In this document: positions 29,454 through 38,906 of the stretch, one piece after another | Numbering within the stretch: position 1 is the first letter of the stretch | Layout: each line of letters begins with the position of its first letter | Assembly (NCBI GenBank): GCA_963775425.1 | Contig: CAVZJB010000009.1 | Coordinates: 128,001-192,000 of the forward strand | Source: an uncultured delta proteobacterium | GTDB taxonomy: Bacteria; Myxococcota; UBA727; VGSZ01 | Reading direction: 5' to 3' | Length of the DNA: 64,000 bases | Notes under the pieces: model-generated | The model's database searches: none | Told to the model about the DNA's origin: nothing | What the model saw: the letters and a program-made list of their open reading frames with translations, nothing else | Made by a program: the position numbers and the translations under genes

Positions 29454-30824
29454 ATGCGCTCCCTGTTTTCCCCGCGCCCCTCGCACGACGAAGCGCTCGC
29501 CGGCCTCGACGACGCCGACCGCGCCCGCATCGAGGAGCTCTTCGATGCGCTCGAACGCCGCCCCGGCGACCTGCGCGCCCGCCGGCGGCTCGGCGACGCC
29601 TTCCGCTCGGCCAACAAGCTCGACGAAGCGGTGGAGCAATACCAGGCGCTCGTCGGCGCCTACGCCGCGCAGGGCCTGCTGTTTCGGGCCATCGCGGCCT
29701 GCAAGCTCATCCTCGAGCTGCGCCCCGACGACGACCAGACCAGCCACACCCTCGCCGAGCTCTACGGCCGGCGCACCGCGGGCAAGGAGTCGGCGGAGCT
29801 GTCGGGGCCCATGAGCGCCGCGCTCGTCTCCGACGACAGCGATCCCGTCTCCATCCCCGACGGCGCCGTCGTCATGATGCCGCCGCCGCTGCCCCCCGAC
29901 GCGGACGACGACGAGGTCGTCGACGTCAGCGCCCTCGCCGCCGCCCTTACGCCGCTGCCCGAGGGCGCGGTCCGCCTCGAGCGGCCGCCGGCGGTGCCGC
30001 TGTTTTCGGGGCTGTCGCCGGCGAGCTTCCAGCAGGTGGTCAAGCGCCTCACGGCCTGGGAGGCCGACGCCGACGCCGTCATCGTCGGCGAGGGCGAGGA
30101 GAGCGACGGCGTCTTCGTCGTCGTCCGCGGCCGCGTGCGCGTCGAGCGCCAGGGCGTGGTGCTCGCCACCCTCGGCCCCGACAGCTTCTTCGGCGAGATG
30201 GCGCTGTTGTCGAAGAAGCCGCGGGCGGCCACCGTCATCGCCGAGGTGAAGACGGAGCTTCTCGAGATCCCCAAAGACGTCCTCACCGATCTCGTCGCCG
30301 ACGACCCCGGCGTGGCCCAGGCGCTCGACCACTTCAACCGCGCGCGCCTGCTCGAAAACCTCTCCCACGTCTCGCCGCTGTTGCAGGAGCTGCCGCGCGA
30401 CGTCGTCGACGGCGCCCTCGCCGCGTTCGGCGGCAAGCGCGCCGCCGCCGGCAACAAGCTCGTCGAAGAGGGCGGGGAGGGCCCCGGGCTCTTCGTCGTC
30501 CTCTCGGGCGAGCTCGACGTCACCGGCGCCGGCACCAAGGGCGCGCCCGGGATGCAGATGCGCCTGAAGAGGCTGGGCCCCGGCGACGTCTTCGGCGAGA
30601 TGAGCCTGCTGTCCGGTGCGCCGGCGTCGGCGTCGGTGACCGCCGCGTCCGATTGTGCGCTCCTGTTCCTCGACAAGGAGGCGTTCGCGGCGTTCGCGCG
30701 CGCGCACCCGGCGCTCGAGGAGAGGCTGAAGGAGCTGGCGTCGTCGCGCGCCGCCTTCAACGCGCGCTGGCGTCCCGACGACGCCGATATCCCCGACGAG
30801 ACCTCGTCGGCGATCCTGGTGTAG
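29454..30824 (+). CDS. TPR plus tandem cyclic-nucleotide-binding domain protein
   Basis: N-terminal TPR; two CNB domains (FFGEMALL..PRAATV; VFGEMSLL..PASASV). Confidence 0.9.
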   Translation: MRSLFSPRPSHDEALAGLDDADRARIEELFDALERRPGDLRARRRLGDAFRSANKLDEAVEQYQALVGAYAAQGLLFRAIAACKLILELRPDDDQTSHTLAELYGRRTAGKESAELSGPMSAALVSDDSDPVSIPDGAVVMMPPPLPPDADDDEVVDVSALAAALTPLPEGAVRLERPPAVPLFSGLSPASFQQVVKRLTAWEADADAVIVGEGEESDGVFVVVRGRVRVERQGVVLATLGPDSFFGEMALLSKKPRAATVIAEVKTELLEIPKDVLTDLVADDPGVAQALDHFNRARLLENLSHVSPLLQELPRDVVDGALAAFGGKRAAAGNKLVEEGGEGPGLFVVLSGELDVTGAGTKGAPGMQMRLKRLGPGDVFGEMSLLSGAPASASVTAASDCALLFLDKEAFAAFARAHPALEERLKELASSRAAFNARWRPDDADIPDETSSAILV

Positions 30825-30834
30825 CTTCGTCGCC

Positions 30835-31758
30835 GTGCCGGCCAAGAAACAGTGGACCCTCCGCCCCTTCGCCGCCGCGGACAAAGCGGGCGTGCAGAAG
30901 CTGTGGGCCGGCGTCGCCAGCTTCGACGGCAGCACCCCGGCGCGCACCACCGGCGAGATCGACGCGCTGCTCGCGCACCCCGCGCACCTTGGCGGAAAGC
31001 ACTGGCGCGTCGCCGTCGCCGGCAACGGCGCGGTGGTGGGCGCGCTCGAGATCGGCTTCATCGGGACGGTGCGCACCGAGGTGGTCCTCGCGGTGAACCC
31101 CGCGTGGCGCCGGCAGGGCATCGGCCGCGCGCTCCTGGACGAAGCGCCGCAGGACCGCCGGCTGCTCGTCACAAGCCGCGCCGGCGTGCAGGGCGCGGCG
31201 GAGCTCCTCGAGAGCGCCGGCTTCTCCGAGCGGTTCCGCGAGGCGCGCATGCGCAGGAAGGCCAAGGGGCTCACGCCCATGGAGATCCCCGACGGCGCCG
31301 TCGTCGTCGCCGACAAGAGCGGCGACGCCGACCGCTGCCTCGCCGCCCTCGCCACCGTCTTCGGCGACGACGCCGAGAAGGACCGCGGCCTGGTCGCCGC
31401 GTGGCTCGCCCGGCCCGGCTGCCGCGCGCTCTACCTCTCCGTCGCCCGGCGCGACTACGGCATCTGCCTCGTCGCCGGCAGCGACCACGCCAAGCGCAGC
31501 GAGCGCAACCCGGCGGGCGAGCCCACCGTCGGGGTCGTCGAGCGCGTCGGCCTCGGCAAGGCCGTGCGCGGCAAGGGCATGTCCCGCCCGCTGGTGCGCG
31601 CGGGCCTCGTCGAGCTTCAGCGCGCGGGCTTCACCGATCTCGAGGTCGTCGCCGACCGCCGCCGCGAGTCCGCCGTGGAGCTCTACGAAGCCGAGGGCTT
31701 CGCCGTCGTCGACGACGACGTCCATTGGATCAAGCGCGAGCCCTGGGCAAAAGACTAG
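30835..31758 (+). CDS. Tandem GNAT acetyltransferase
   Basis: VNPAWRRQGIGRALL and RGKGMSRPL..AVELYEAEGF. Confidence 0.85.
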   Translation: MPAKKQWTLRPFAAADKAGVQKLWAGVASFDGSTPARTTGEIDALLAHPAHLGGKHWRVAVAGNGAVVGALEIGFIGTVRTEVVLAVNPAWRRQGIGRALLDEAPQDRRLLVTSRAGVQGAAELLESAGFSERFREARMRRKAKGLTPMEIPDGAVVVADKSGDADRCLAALATVFGDDAEKDRGLVAAWLARPGCRALYLSVARRDYGICLVAGSDHAKRSERNPAGEPTVGVVERVGLGKAVRGKGMSRPLVRAGLVELQRAGFTDLEVVADRRRESAVELYEAEGFAVVDDDVHWIKREPWAKD

Positions 31759-32015
31759 CTCGTCTGGGCCCGCGCCTCGGAGGGTGACGAGCAATCTAAT
31801 CCATCGGCGACGCGCGCGGTACAGCCGGCCCGACGCGGGAAAGGCGCCGAAGGCGCGCGGCGTAGACACTCTCGGCGGGGCAGGACGTCGTCGTCGGCGA
31901 GGAACGCCCTCCCGCCCGTGCATGTCGTCACGCCGCTGGGCTCAAAGGGTGACGCGCAACGTGATCCGTCGGCGCCGGCGCCTCGGCGCGGCCAGTCCAT
32001 TCGCGACGTCGGCGA

Positions 32016-32113
32016 CGTCGACGACCCGCCGGGGCTTCACGCAGCCGACGTGAGGCGCCGCCGGCGGGGCTTGACGTCGGCTGCGTCGACGCCCCGGCGG
32101 GGCTGCGTCGACG
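32016..32113. repeat. Long intergenic inverted repeat (~98-nt hairpin)
   Basis: Arms 32039-32051/32074-32086 (13 bp), 32025-32035/32091-32101 (11 bp), 32016-32023/32106-32113. Confidence 0.8.
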
Positions 32114-32117
32114 CCCC

Positions 32118-32140
32118 GTAGGGCGGGGGCTTGTCCCCCG
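32118..32140 (+). repeat. GTAG-type REP element
   Basis: gtagggcgggggcttgtcccccg, identical to 41877-41899. Confidence 0.8.
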
Positions 32141-32290
32141 TGTCGGAAGGCCAGGCGCGGACGTTGCCGGTGCCGTCCGACGCGCTGAGCCGCGTTCCCC
32201 GCGCGGAGGGCGCGGACGTGCCGTGTCGACGCGTGCGGCGACGACGGCGCCGGTCGTCGCCCCGCCGTGAATGTCGTCACGCCGCTCAAA

Positions 32291-33064
32291 TCAGCGCAAC
32301 GAGAACAGCGTGGCGTCGAAGTGGACGCCCTTTTCGACCTCTCTGACGTTCGAACGGCGGACGAGCTTGCCGTCGCTCCAGACCTCGATCGACGCCGGGA
32401 ACCAATTGCCGCCGATGGGCGAGCCCCAGCCGAGGTAGCGGACGTCGGTGCGGCGCACGGCGTCGCCGACCTTCTGCACCATCACCACGCGCACGAGCAG
32501 GAGGGTGTCCTTGTCGAGCCAGATCTGCGGCTTGTCGTTCTCCCAGGGCTTGCTGCCGATGAGGTAGGCGACGCGGCCGTCGAAGCGGGCGAAGCTCACC
32601 ACCTCGGGGTTCACGCCGATGAGCTTCATGTCCTTCATGAAGCGATCGACGGCCTGGTCGTCGGACAGCGGCGGGTTCGCCGTGATCTGATCGACGAGCA
32701 AATCCACCGGCGCCGCCGCCGTCTTCCCCGCCGCGAGCACCTTGCTGCCGACGCGCACCTCGACGGTCTCGTCGTCGCCGCTGTCCATCTCCTTGCGGAC
32801 GCTCCCCGGCGCCTCGACGAGCCAGCGCTCGACGACGGGCATGCCCCGCGGCGCGCCCGTGAGCTCGAAGCTCTGCGTGTCCATCTCGACGCGGAGCGTC
32901 TTTGCCCCGCGGTCGAACTGCCGCTCCATGGCCCGCTGCAACAGCACCGTCGCCGGCGGCCGGTACGCCTGCGCCGCCGCCGCCCACGTCAGCGCGATCG
33001 CCGCGGCGAGCAGGGCGGTGGCGCGCCCGGCGGGCGCTCCACGACGAGGACACGGCGCGTTCAT
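32291..33064 (-). CDS. Exported LolA/lipoprotein-sorting-like protein
   Basis: Signal peptide ending AQA; AYLIG.KPWE.DKPQIWLDKDTLL; beta-rich. Confidence 0.65.
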   Translation of the reverse strand: MNAPCPRRGAPAGRATALLAAAIALTWAAAAQAYRPPATVLLQRAMERQFDRGAKTLRVEMDTQSFELTGAPRGMPVVERWLVEAPGSVRKEMDSGDDETVEVRVGSKVLAAGKTAAAPVDLLVDQITANPPLSDDQAVDRFMKDMKLIGVNPEVVSFARFDGRVAYLIGSKPWENDKPQIWLDKDTLLLVRVVMVQKVGDAVRRTDVRYLGWGSPIGGNWFPASIEVWSDGKLVRRSNVREVEKGVHFDATLFSLR

Positions 33065-33948
33065 CGGGCCTCCTCGAGCAGGCCGCGCATCAGCGCGGTG
33101 ACGCCTTTGGCGAGGTCGGGGCGGGAGAGCGCCTCGAGGAGGTTGGCTTCGAGGTAGCCGAGCTTGTCGCCGGCGTCGACGCGGCGGCCCGCGAACTTGC
33201 AGCCCATGAGCCCGTCCTGCGCGCGCAGCGCCTCGAGGGCGTCGGTGAGCTGGATCTCGCCGCCCTTGCCGGGCTTCGTCCCCTCGAGGAGCCCCCAAAT
33301 CTTCGGCGGCAGGACGTAGCGGCCTATGATGGCCTGGTCCGTCTTCTCGGTGCCCTTGGGCGGCTTCTCGACGAGGGCGCTGATGTGGAACTGCGACGCG
33401 TCGGCGGCGTCGACCTTGCCTTCGGCCGCGCCGTACTTGTGGATCTCGTCGAGGGGAACGGTCATCAACGCCACTTGCGCCTTGGACGTCTTTTCAAACG
33501 CGTCGATGAGCTGGCCGATTCCGGTGCGCGCGCCGGGCGCGGTGCGCACGAGGTCGTCGCCGAGGAGCACCGCGAAGGGCTCGTCGCCGATCAAAGGCTT
33601 GGCGCACAGGACGGCGTGGCCGAGGCCGAGCGGCGCCTTCTGGCGCACGCTCGAGATGGAGCCCATGTGCGAGATCTTGCGGACCATCTCGAGGTCGGCG
33701 GTCTTGCCGCGCTTTTCGAGCGTGTCCTCGAGCTCGTAGCTCGCGTCGAAGTGGTCCTCGATGGCGCCCTTGTAGCGGCCCTGCACGAGGACGATGTGCT
33801 CGACGCCCGCGGCGAAGGCCTCTTCGACGATGTACTGCAGCGTCGGCTTGTCGACGATGGGCAGCATCTCCTTGGGCACCGCTTTGGTGGCGGGGAGAAA
33901 CCGGGTGCCGAGACCGGCGACGGGGATGACGGCTTTCCGCACTCGCAT
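33061..33948 (-). CDS. galU: UTP--glucose-1-phosphate uridylyltransferase
   Basis: KAVIPVAGLGTRFLPATKAVPKEMLPIVDKP, LGLGHAV, VEKP, GEIQLTD. Confidence 0.96.
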   Translation of the reverse strand: MRVRKAVIPVAGLGTRFLPATKAVPKEMLPIVDKPTLQYIVEEAFAAGVEHIVLVQGRYKGAIEDHFDASYELEDTLEKRGKTADLEMVRKISHMGSISSVRQKAPLGLGHAVLCAKPLIGDEPFAVLLGDDLVRTAPGARTGIGQLIDAFEKTSKAQVALMTVPLDEIHKYGAAEGKVDAADASQFHISALVEKPPKGTEKTDQAIIGRYVLPPKIWGLLEGTKPGKGGEIQLTDALEALRAQDGLMGCKFAGRRVDAGDKLGYLEANLLEALSRPDLAKGVTALMRGLLEEAR

Positions 33949-34024
33949 ACCCGGTTGCTACCACAGCGCCGCGCCCGGCGGTCACGCGAGACCCATCGGC
34001 GCCGTCGCTCGCTCCGGTCGCCGC

Positions 34025-34825
34025 TCAGCCGCCGGAGAACCTTCGCCACGACGACGACGCGGCGAGCCTGGGGCCGGCGAGCGGCTTGTGCGGGAAGTAG
34101 AGCTTCCTGACGAAGCGTGTGAACAGGTGGTCTTCGTTCCACTGGCGCCGCACGAAGCCGTAGATGCCGGGGGCGCGCCGCTCGAGCTCCGAGAAGTCCT
34201 TGCAGAGCTCCCGCTCGGTGTAGATGGCGAACGCTTCGTCCATCGACGACCGATCGACGAACGTCGGGCGCAGGACGCCGTAGACGAGCGCGCGCTCCCT
34301 CTCCGTGAGCGCGAGCGCGTGTACCGCGTGCCCCACCTCGTGCACCACGAGCACCTCGTCGTCGTCGAGGTGCTCCGAGCGAAGCGCGATGCGGGCCTCC
34401 GGCCACGACGGGTGATCCCAAAACAGCCCCGACGCGCGCTCGTTGGTCGCCCGCGGGAAGCCGAGCGCCACGAAGCTCTCCCGCGGCGCGAGCACGTCGA
34501 CGCGGATGGGCCGCGCCTCCATCATGCGCGCGCACAGCACGGCGTTTCCCGCGAGCACCCGCGCGGCCTCCGCCCGCACGCGCTGCCGATCCGCCTTCGC
34601 GGCGCCGTCGAAGAGCAGCCGCTCCTTCGCCCACGCCGCCGCCCGCTCCGCCCGGTCGGCGACGGCCTTCGCGGACGTGCCGGCAGGCGCGTCGAACGCG
34701 TCGCCGCCCTCGAGGAGGGCCATCGCCGCCAGCGGCAGCGCGCGCGCGCGCGCCTCGGCGAGCGTCCTCGACGACGGGCGCGAGCCGTCTGTGGTCTCGA
34801 AGCGGCTTCGGAGGTCGAAGCCCAC
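34025..34825 (-). CDS. Zinc-dependent peptidase-like protein (MtfA/M90-like)
   Basis: VVHEVGHAVH followed by DEAFA and AP.IY.F. Confidence 0.7.
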   Translation of the reverse strand: MGFDLRSRFETTDGSRPSSRTLAEARARALPLAAMALLEGGDAFDAPAGTSAKAVADRAERAAAWAKERLLFDGAAKADRQRVRAEAARVLAGNAVLCARMMEARPIRVDVLAPRESFVALGFPRATNERASGLFWDHPSWPEARIALRSEHLDDDEVLVVHEVGHAVHALALTERERALVYGVLRPTFVDRSSMDEAFAIYTERELCKDFSELERRAPGIYGFVRRQWNEDHLFTRFVRKLYFPHKPLAGPRLAASSSWRRFSGG

Positions 34826-34829
34826 GCGC

Positions 34830-35057
34830 TCAGAAGCGCTGGCCGGCGGCCTTGGCGAGCGGGGCGTTCACGGCCTCGAGCGGCACCTCCACGAGCCTGG
34901 CGCGGTCGGCGGAGGACACGGGGTGCAAGCCGGCGGCGGCCACCGGGAGCTGGTTGGACGTGTTGCCCGGGAGGCAGCAGTACAGGCAATCGAGTGGGCA
35001 GCAGCCGCCGAGGGCGGCGACCGCGAGAACCATCAATCCGGATGCCACGAAACGCAT
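34830..35057 (-). CDS. Small Cys-rich lipoprotein (75 aa)
   Basis: Lipobox LGG-C followed by CPLDCLYCC; AAAGGGG RBS; ends GQRF. Confidence 0.65.
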   Translation of the reverse strand: MRFVASGLMVLAVAALGGCCPLDCLYCCLPGNTSNQLPVAAAGLHPVSSADRARLVEVPLEAVNAPLAKAAGQRF

Positions 35058-35086
35058 TCGGTCCCCTTTTTCTTTTGTACGACGCC

Positions 35087-36646
35087 TCATTCGGCGTCGA
35101 GCTGGTCGAGGTCGGCGGACTTGCTGCCGGTCTCGACGTCCCCATTCAGCAGCGTGAAGGCGATCTCCACCGCCTTCTTGGCCTTCTCGCGCACGGTCTC
35201 TTCCGTCTTCAGGCGCTGGTACGCCTTGAGCGCCCGGTCTTCCTGGTTCCTGACCTCGCTCTCGAGCTCGTTGACGCGCGTCTCCATCTGCTGCCGCTGC
35301 TTCTTGTGCTCTTCGATGTCGCTCTTGGCGCGATCGACGTCCACCTTGAGCTTGTCCTCGAACGCCTTGGCGCGATCGAGGTCGTTCTTTGCCCCCTCGA
35401 GGGCGGCGCGGGCCTCGTCGCGCTCGGCCTCGGCCTGGCGCATACGGCCCTGCACCTGCCGCTCGAGCTCGTCGCGCTCCTCGGTGATGGCGGAGAGCTT
35501 GGCGTTGAGCGCGGACAGCTCGACGTCCTTCTTGTTGGCCACGTCGAGCTTCTGCTGCACCTCGGCGCGCACCGCCTCGATCTGCTCCTGCAGATCGACG
35601 TTGGTCTTCTCCTTCTCGAAGACTTCGTCCTTGAGGGCGCCAATCTCCTTCTCCTTGGCCCGCACCTGTTCTTTGAGGTTGAGCACGTCGCGCGCCGACG
35701 ACGCGCCGCCGCCGCCGGCCGCCGCCGCAATCTGCGCGTCCTTGGCCTTGTTGCTCTCCTCGGCGGCGCGCAGGCGCGCCTCGAGCTCGGCGACCTTGGC
35801 CTTGAGGTCGGTGTTGTCGTGTCGAAGCTGGGCGAGCGCCTGGAGGTCGGCCGCGGACGCCGACGGCGAGGGAGGCGTGGTGGTCGCGGGCGCCTTTTGC
35901 GCCGGCGCGGGCTTCGCGGGCTCCGGGGCCGGCTCCGGCGCGGCGCCGGCGTCGAGGTCGAAGTTCTGGTCGAAGTTGAGCCCGTCGTCCTGCACGGCCG
36001 GCCCGAGGTCGAGCTCGTCGATGCTCGGCACCGGGGCGCCCGTCGGCGCGTCGCCGCCAATCTCGTCGAAGCCGGCGAGCAGGTCGTCCTCGGGGGACAG
36101 CGAGCCGCCCGCGTCGACGTCGAGGGACGCGAATTCGGCGTCGTCGAGCTTGACCTCGCTCTCCCCACCCGTGGAGGCGGGGCCGAGGTCGAGGTCGGCG
36201 CCGAGGGAGTCGAGGGCGTCGAACGCGTCGTCGTCCGCGGCGGCGGGGGCCGCGCCGGCGCCGTTGGCCTCGGGCACGGCGATGTTGAGCGCGGCGATCT
36301 TCTCGACGAGCTCTCCGTCCGAGAAGGGCTTGATCAGGTAGTCCTCGGCGCGCGTCTTGAGCTTCTTGTGCTGCGCGAAGGTCTCCGGCGTCGCCTCCTT
36401 GGACGTGATGATCAGCGGGATGGTCTTGAGGTCCGTGTCCTTCTTGAGCTTGTTGCAGATGGAGTAGCCGCTCATCTTGGGCAGCTCCACGCAGAGGATG
36501 ATCAAGTCGGGGCGGTTGTCCCTCGCGTAGTCGAGGCCGTCCTTCCCGTCGTCGAGGAGCTTGACCGAAAAACCGCGCCCTGTGAGCGACCCCGCCAACT
36601 GCTCGGCGAAGGGCTGCTCGGCGTCGATGAGAAGAATCCCACTCAC
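35087..36646 (-). CDS. frzS: FrzS-like pseudo-receiver/coiled-coil protein
   Basis: Receiver without phospho-Asp (LIILCVELP), GYSICNKLKKD, FAQHKKLK..AEDY, acidic linker, long coiled coil ending ALKAYQRLK.EE.VREK. Confidence 0.7.
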   Translation of the reverse strand: MSGILLIDAEQPFAEQLAGSLTGRGFSVKLLDDGKDGLDYARDNRPDLIILCVELPKMSGYSICNKLKKDTDLKTIPLIITSKEATPETFAQHKKLKTRAEDYLIKPFSDGELVEKIAALNIAVPEANGAGAAPAAADDDAFDALDSLGADLDLGPASTGGESEVKLDDAEFASLDVDAGGSLSPEDDLLAGFDEIGGDAPTGAPVPSIDELDLGPAVQDDGLNFDQNFDLDAGAAPEPAPEPAKPAPAQKAPATTTPPSPSASAADLQALAQLRHDNTDLKAKVAELEARLRAAEESNKAKDAQIAAAAGGGGASSARDVLNLKEQVRAKEKEIGALKDEVFEKEKTNVDLQEQIEAVRAEVQQKLDVANKKDVELSALNAKLSAITEERDELERQVQGRMRQAEAERDEARAALEGAKNDLDRAKAFEDKLKVDVDRAKSDIEEHKKQRQQMETRVNELESEVRNQEDRALKAYQRLKTEETVREKAKKAVEIAFTLLNGDVETGSKSADLDQLDAE

Positions 36647-36751
36647 ACGCACGCTCCTGGAGATCTGTCCGGACCTTATGTTGCAGGGCCGGGTGCCGTC
36701 AAAGCCGTGGAATCCTTGCCTCGACGTGGGGTGGGATGCTAACCGCTTGTC

Positions 36752-37060
36752 GTGGCTGAAAAGAAGACCAAGAACGAGGACGAGTTCTTCGCCCGCGAGG
36801 AAGCCGAGAAGCTTCACCGCCTCCACACCGAGAAGCTGCGGGCTTTGTCCCAGCAGGACGCGGAGGAGCAGAAGAAGCTGCACTGGATGAAGTGCGGCAA
36901 GTGCGGCTACGACCTCGAGACCATCCGCTGGCGCAGCGTCGATGTCGAGAAGTGCTTCCGCTGCGGCGCGATCGTGCTCGACGACGGGGAGCTCGAGAAG
37001 CTCGCCGGCCGCGAGGAAGCGGGCCAGTTCATGTCGTCCTTCATCGGCCTCTTCAAGTAG
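36752..37060 (+). CDS. TFIIB-type zinc-ribbon protein
   Basis: EDEFFAREE, HWMKCGKCG..CFRCG..LDDGELE. Confidence 0.85.
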   Translation: MAEKKTKNEDEFFAREEAEKLHRLHTEKLRALSQQDAEEQKKLHWMKCGKCGYDLETIRWRSVDVEKCFRCGAIVLDDGELEKLAGREEAGQFMSSFIGLFK

Positions 37061-37078
37061 GGCGGGGGCTCGCCCCGC
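37057..37078 (+). repeat. Degenerate GTAG-type REP supplying the gene's stop codon
   Basis: gtagggcgggggctcgccccgc. Confidence 0.65.
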
Positions 37079-37088
37079 GGTCGCTGGG

Positions 37089-37979
37089 CTAGCTCGTCGG
37101 ACGGGCGCTCGGCGCCGGTGGCGTCTCGGCGCGCTCGAGCGTGCGGCGCCGCTTGAAGAAGACCACCTCTTCGACGAGCCCGAGGCTGATGTAGGCGCCC
37201 ACGGCGAGGACGAGGGTGACGCTGGCCTTGAACAGGGCCACGGCGGCGGCCAGGATCAGCATCACGGACAAGAGGATGGGCGTGGTCTTCACGCTCGGCC
37301 GGAAGTCCTTGAACGTGCGAAAGCGCACCCGGCTGACCATCAGGTAGGACAAGACCAGCACGAGCAAGGCCACCGTGCCTTTGGCGCGCACGCTCTCGTG
37401 GATCCACAGCGACTGCGCGATGACGACGGAGACGAGCATCATGGCGGCGCCCGGGATGGGCAGCCCGATGAAGTACTTCGAGGAGCCGTGGCCCCGGGCG
37501 GCGAGCACGTTGAAGCGCGCGAGGCGGATGGCGCCGCAGGCGGCGAACACGAAGCTGACGAACAGGCCGACGTCGAAGCCCCCGATGCGCAGGTCCTCGA
37601 GGCCCCACGAGTAGACCATGATGGCGGGGGCGACGCCGAAGCTGATGACGTCGGCGAGCGAGTCCATCTGCACGCCGAAGTCGCTCTGCGTGCGCGTGAG
37701 GCGCGCGACGCGTCCGTCGAACGCGTCGAAGAACGCCGCGAAGAACAGCGCGACCGCGGCCTGGTAGAAGGCCTCGGGGCCGCCGCGCGACGTCGAGCGC
37801 ATGATCGAGAAGAAGCCGCAGAAGATCGACGACAGCGTGAAGGCGTTCGGCAGGATGAACAGCGCCTTGCGCAGGTCGAACGGCGGCTTTCGCCGCGGCC
37901 GCTCGATGCCGCCGGTGCGCAGCCGTCGACGAAAGAGCCGCCTGCGTTGGCGCGCCTCCGCGGGCGAGCCGTCGGTCAC
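37089..37979 (-). CDS. pssA: CDP-diacylglycerol--serine O-phosphatidyltransferase
   Basis: LPNAFT, DAFDGRVAR..SDFGVQMDSLADVISFGVAP, RLARFN, FIGLPIP. Confidence 0.93.
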   Translation of the reverse strand: MTDGSPAEARQRRRLFRRRLRTGGIERPRRKPPFDLRKALFILPNAFTLSSIFCGFFSIMRSTSRGGPEAFYQAAVALFFAAFFDAFDGRVARLTRTQSDFGVQMDSLADVISFGVAPAIMVYSWGLEDLRIGGFDVGLFVSFVFAACGAIRLARFNVLAARGHGSSKYFIGLPIPGAAMMLVSVVIAQSLWIHESVRAKGTVALLVLVLSYLMVSRVRFRTFKDFRPSVKTTPILLSVMLILAAAVALFKASVTLVLAVGAYISLGLVEEVVFFKRRRTLERAETPPAPSARPTS

Positions 37980-38269
37980 GGCGTTGTCCCGGCGTCCTCG
38001 GGCACGAAGCCGCAGGCGTCGAGCTTGTTCTCATCAATCGCGTCGCACGTGCAGGTGTCGAGCTTCTGCGAGCAGAAGGCGCGGTCCGCGTCCGTGATCT
38101 GGATGGTGCTCTGCTGGTTCACGATGCGGTCGGTGCGGCAGGACGTCTGCGCCGTGGAGTTCGGCTGGCAGTTGCAGATGCGGTCCGCGAGGACCTTGCA
38201 CGGATCTTCGCAGCCCGCGGAGAGGAACGCAGCGACGACGACAACGCCGACGAACGGAAGGAACCGCAC
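37976..38269 (-). CDS. Small Cys-rich lipoprotein
   Basis: SAG-C lipobox, CEDPC..LADRICNC..C..C..CTC..C. Confidence 0.75.
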   Translation of the reverse strand: MRFLPFVGVVVVAAFLSAGCEDPCKVLADRICNCQPNSTAQTSCRTDRIVNQQSTIQITDADRAFCSQKLDTCTCDAIDENKLDACGFVPEDAGTTP

Positions 38270-38279
38270 AAAGGGGGGC

Positions 38280-38867
38280 CTAGCCTGCGAGGAAGTCGAG
38301 CGCAAGGCGTGCGACCTCGGCGTCGTTCATGATGAACGTGTGAATCGCAGGCACCTCCACGTGGGGCACGCCGGGCAGCCGGGTCTCCTCCACGCGGACC
38401 ACGCCGTCGGACGGCTCCCCCTTGAACGGCAGCCACGCCGCCCGCGGGCCGCGGTTGCCGGCGATGACCAGGGTGGGGACGTCAGGCACGGGCAGGCGCG
38501 CGTAGAATTGCTCGTCGAGGAGCTTCTTGCCGGCGTCGCGGGTGAGCACCTTGAACAGCGGGTTTCCCTCGAGGGCCCGCGCCATCACCGGGGGTTGGTT
38601 GGGCGGGGCGAGCATGATCATGCGCGCGAGCCCGGGCAGGGGCAGGGCCAGGCGCGCGATGACGTTTCCGAGCGAATGGCCGATGAGCGCGTAGCCCTCG
38701 GCGTCGCCGATGAAGAGCTTGAGCTTGTGGGCGATGACGTCGACCGGGTCGCGCGTGACGAAGTAGCCGAACGCGGAGACCTCGTGGCCGGCGGCGCGCA
38801 GCCGGCGCGCGAGGAGGCCCATCGACACCGACGTGCGGCCCATGCCGTGGATCAGGAAGACGCGCAC
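38280..38867 (-). CDS. Esterase/lipase-type alpha/beta hydrolase
   Basis: LIHGMG, GHSLG, MLAPPN, SDGVV.VEET, HTFIM. Confidence 0.85.
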   Translation of the reverse strand: MRVFLIHGMGRTSVSMGLLARRLRAAGHEVSAFGYFVTRDPVDVIAHKLKLFIGDAEGYALIGHSLGNVIARLALPLPGLARMIMLAPPNQPPVMARALEGNPLFKVLTRDAGKKLLDEQFYARLPVPDVPTLVIAGNRGPRAAWLPFKGEPSDGVVRVEETRLPGVPHVEVPAIHTFIMNDAEVARLALDFLAG

Positions 38868-38906
38868 GGCCGGCAGCTTACAGCGCGGTCGCGTTAGGAT
38901 TGAACG

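Noticed and set aside
36680-36700. Sigma54-like site upstream of frzS (cggcacccggccctgca on minus strand)
   Set aside because: GG-to-GC spacing is 11 nt rather than the required 10
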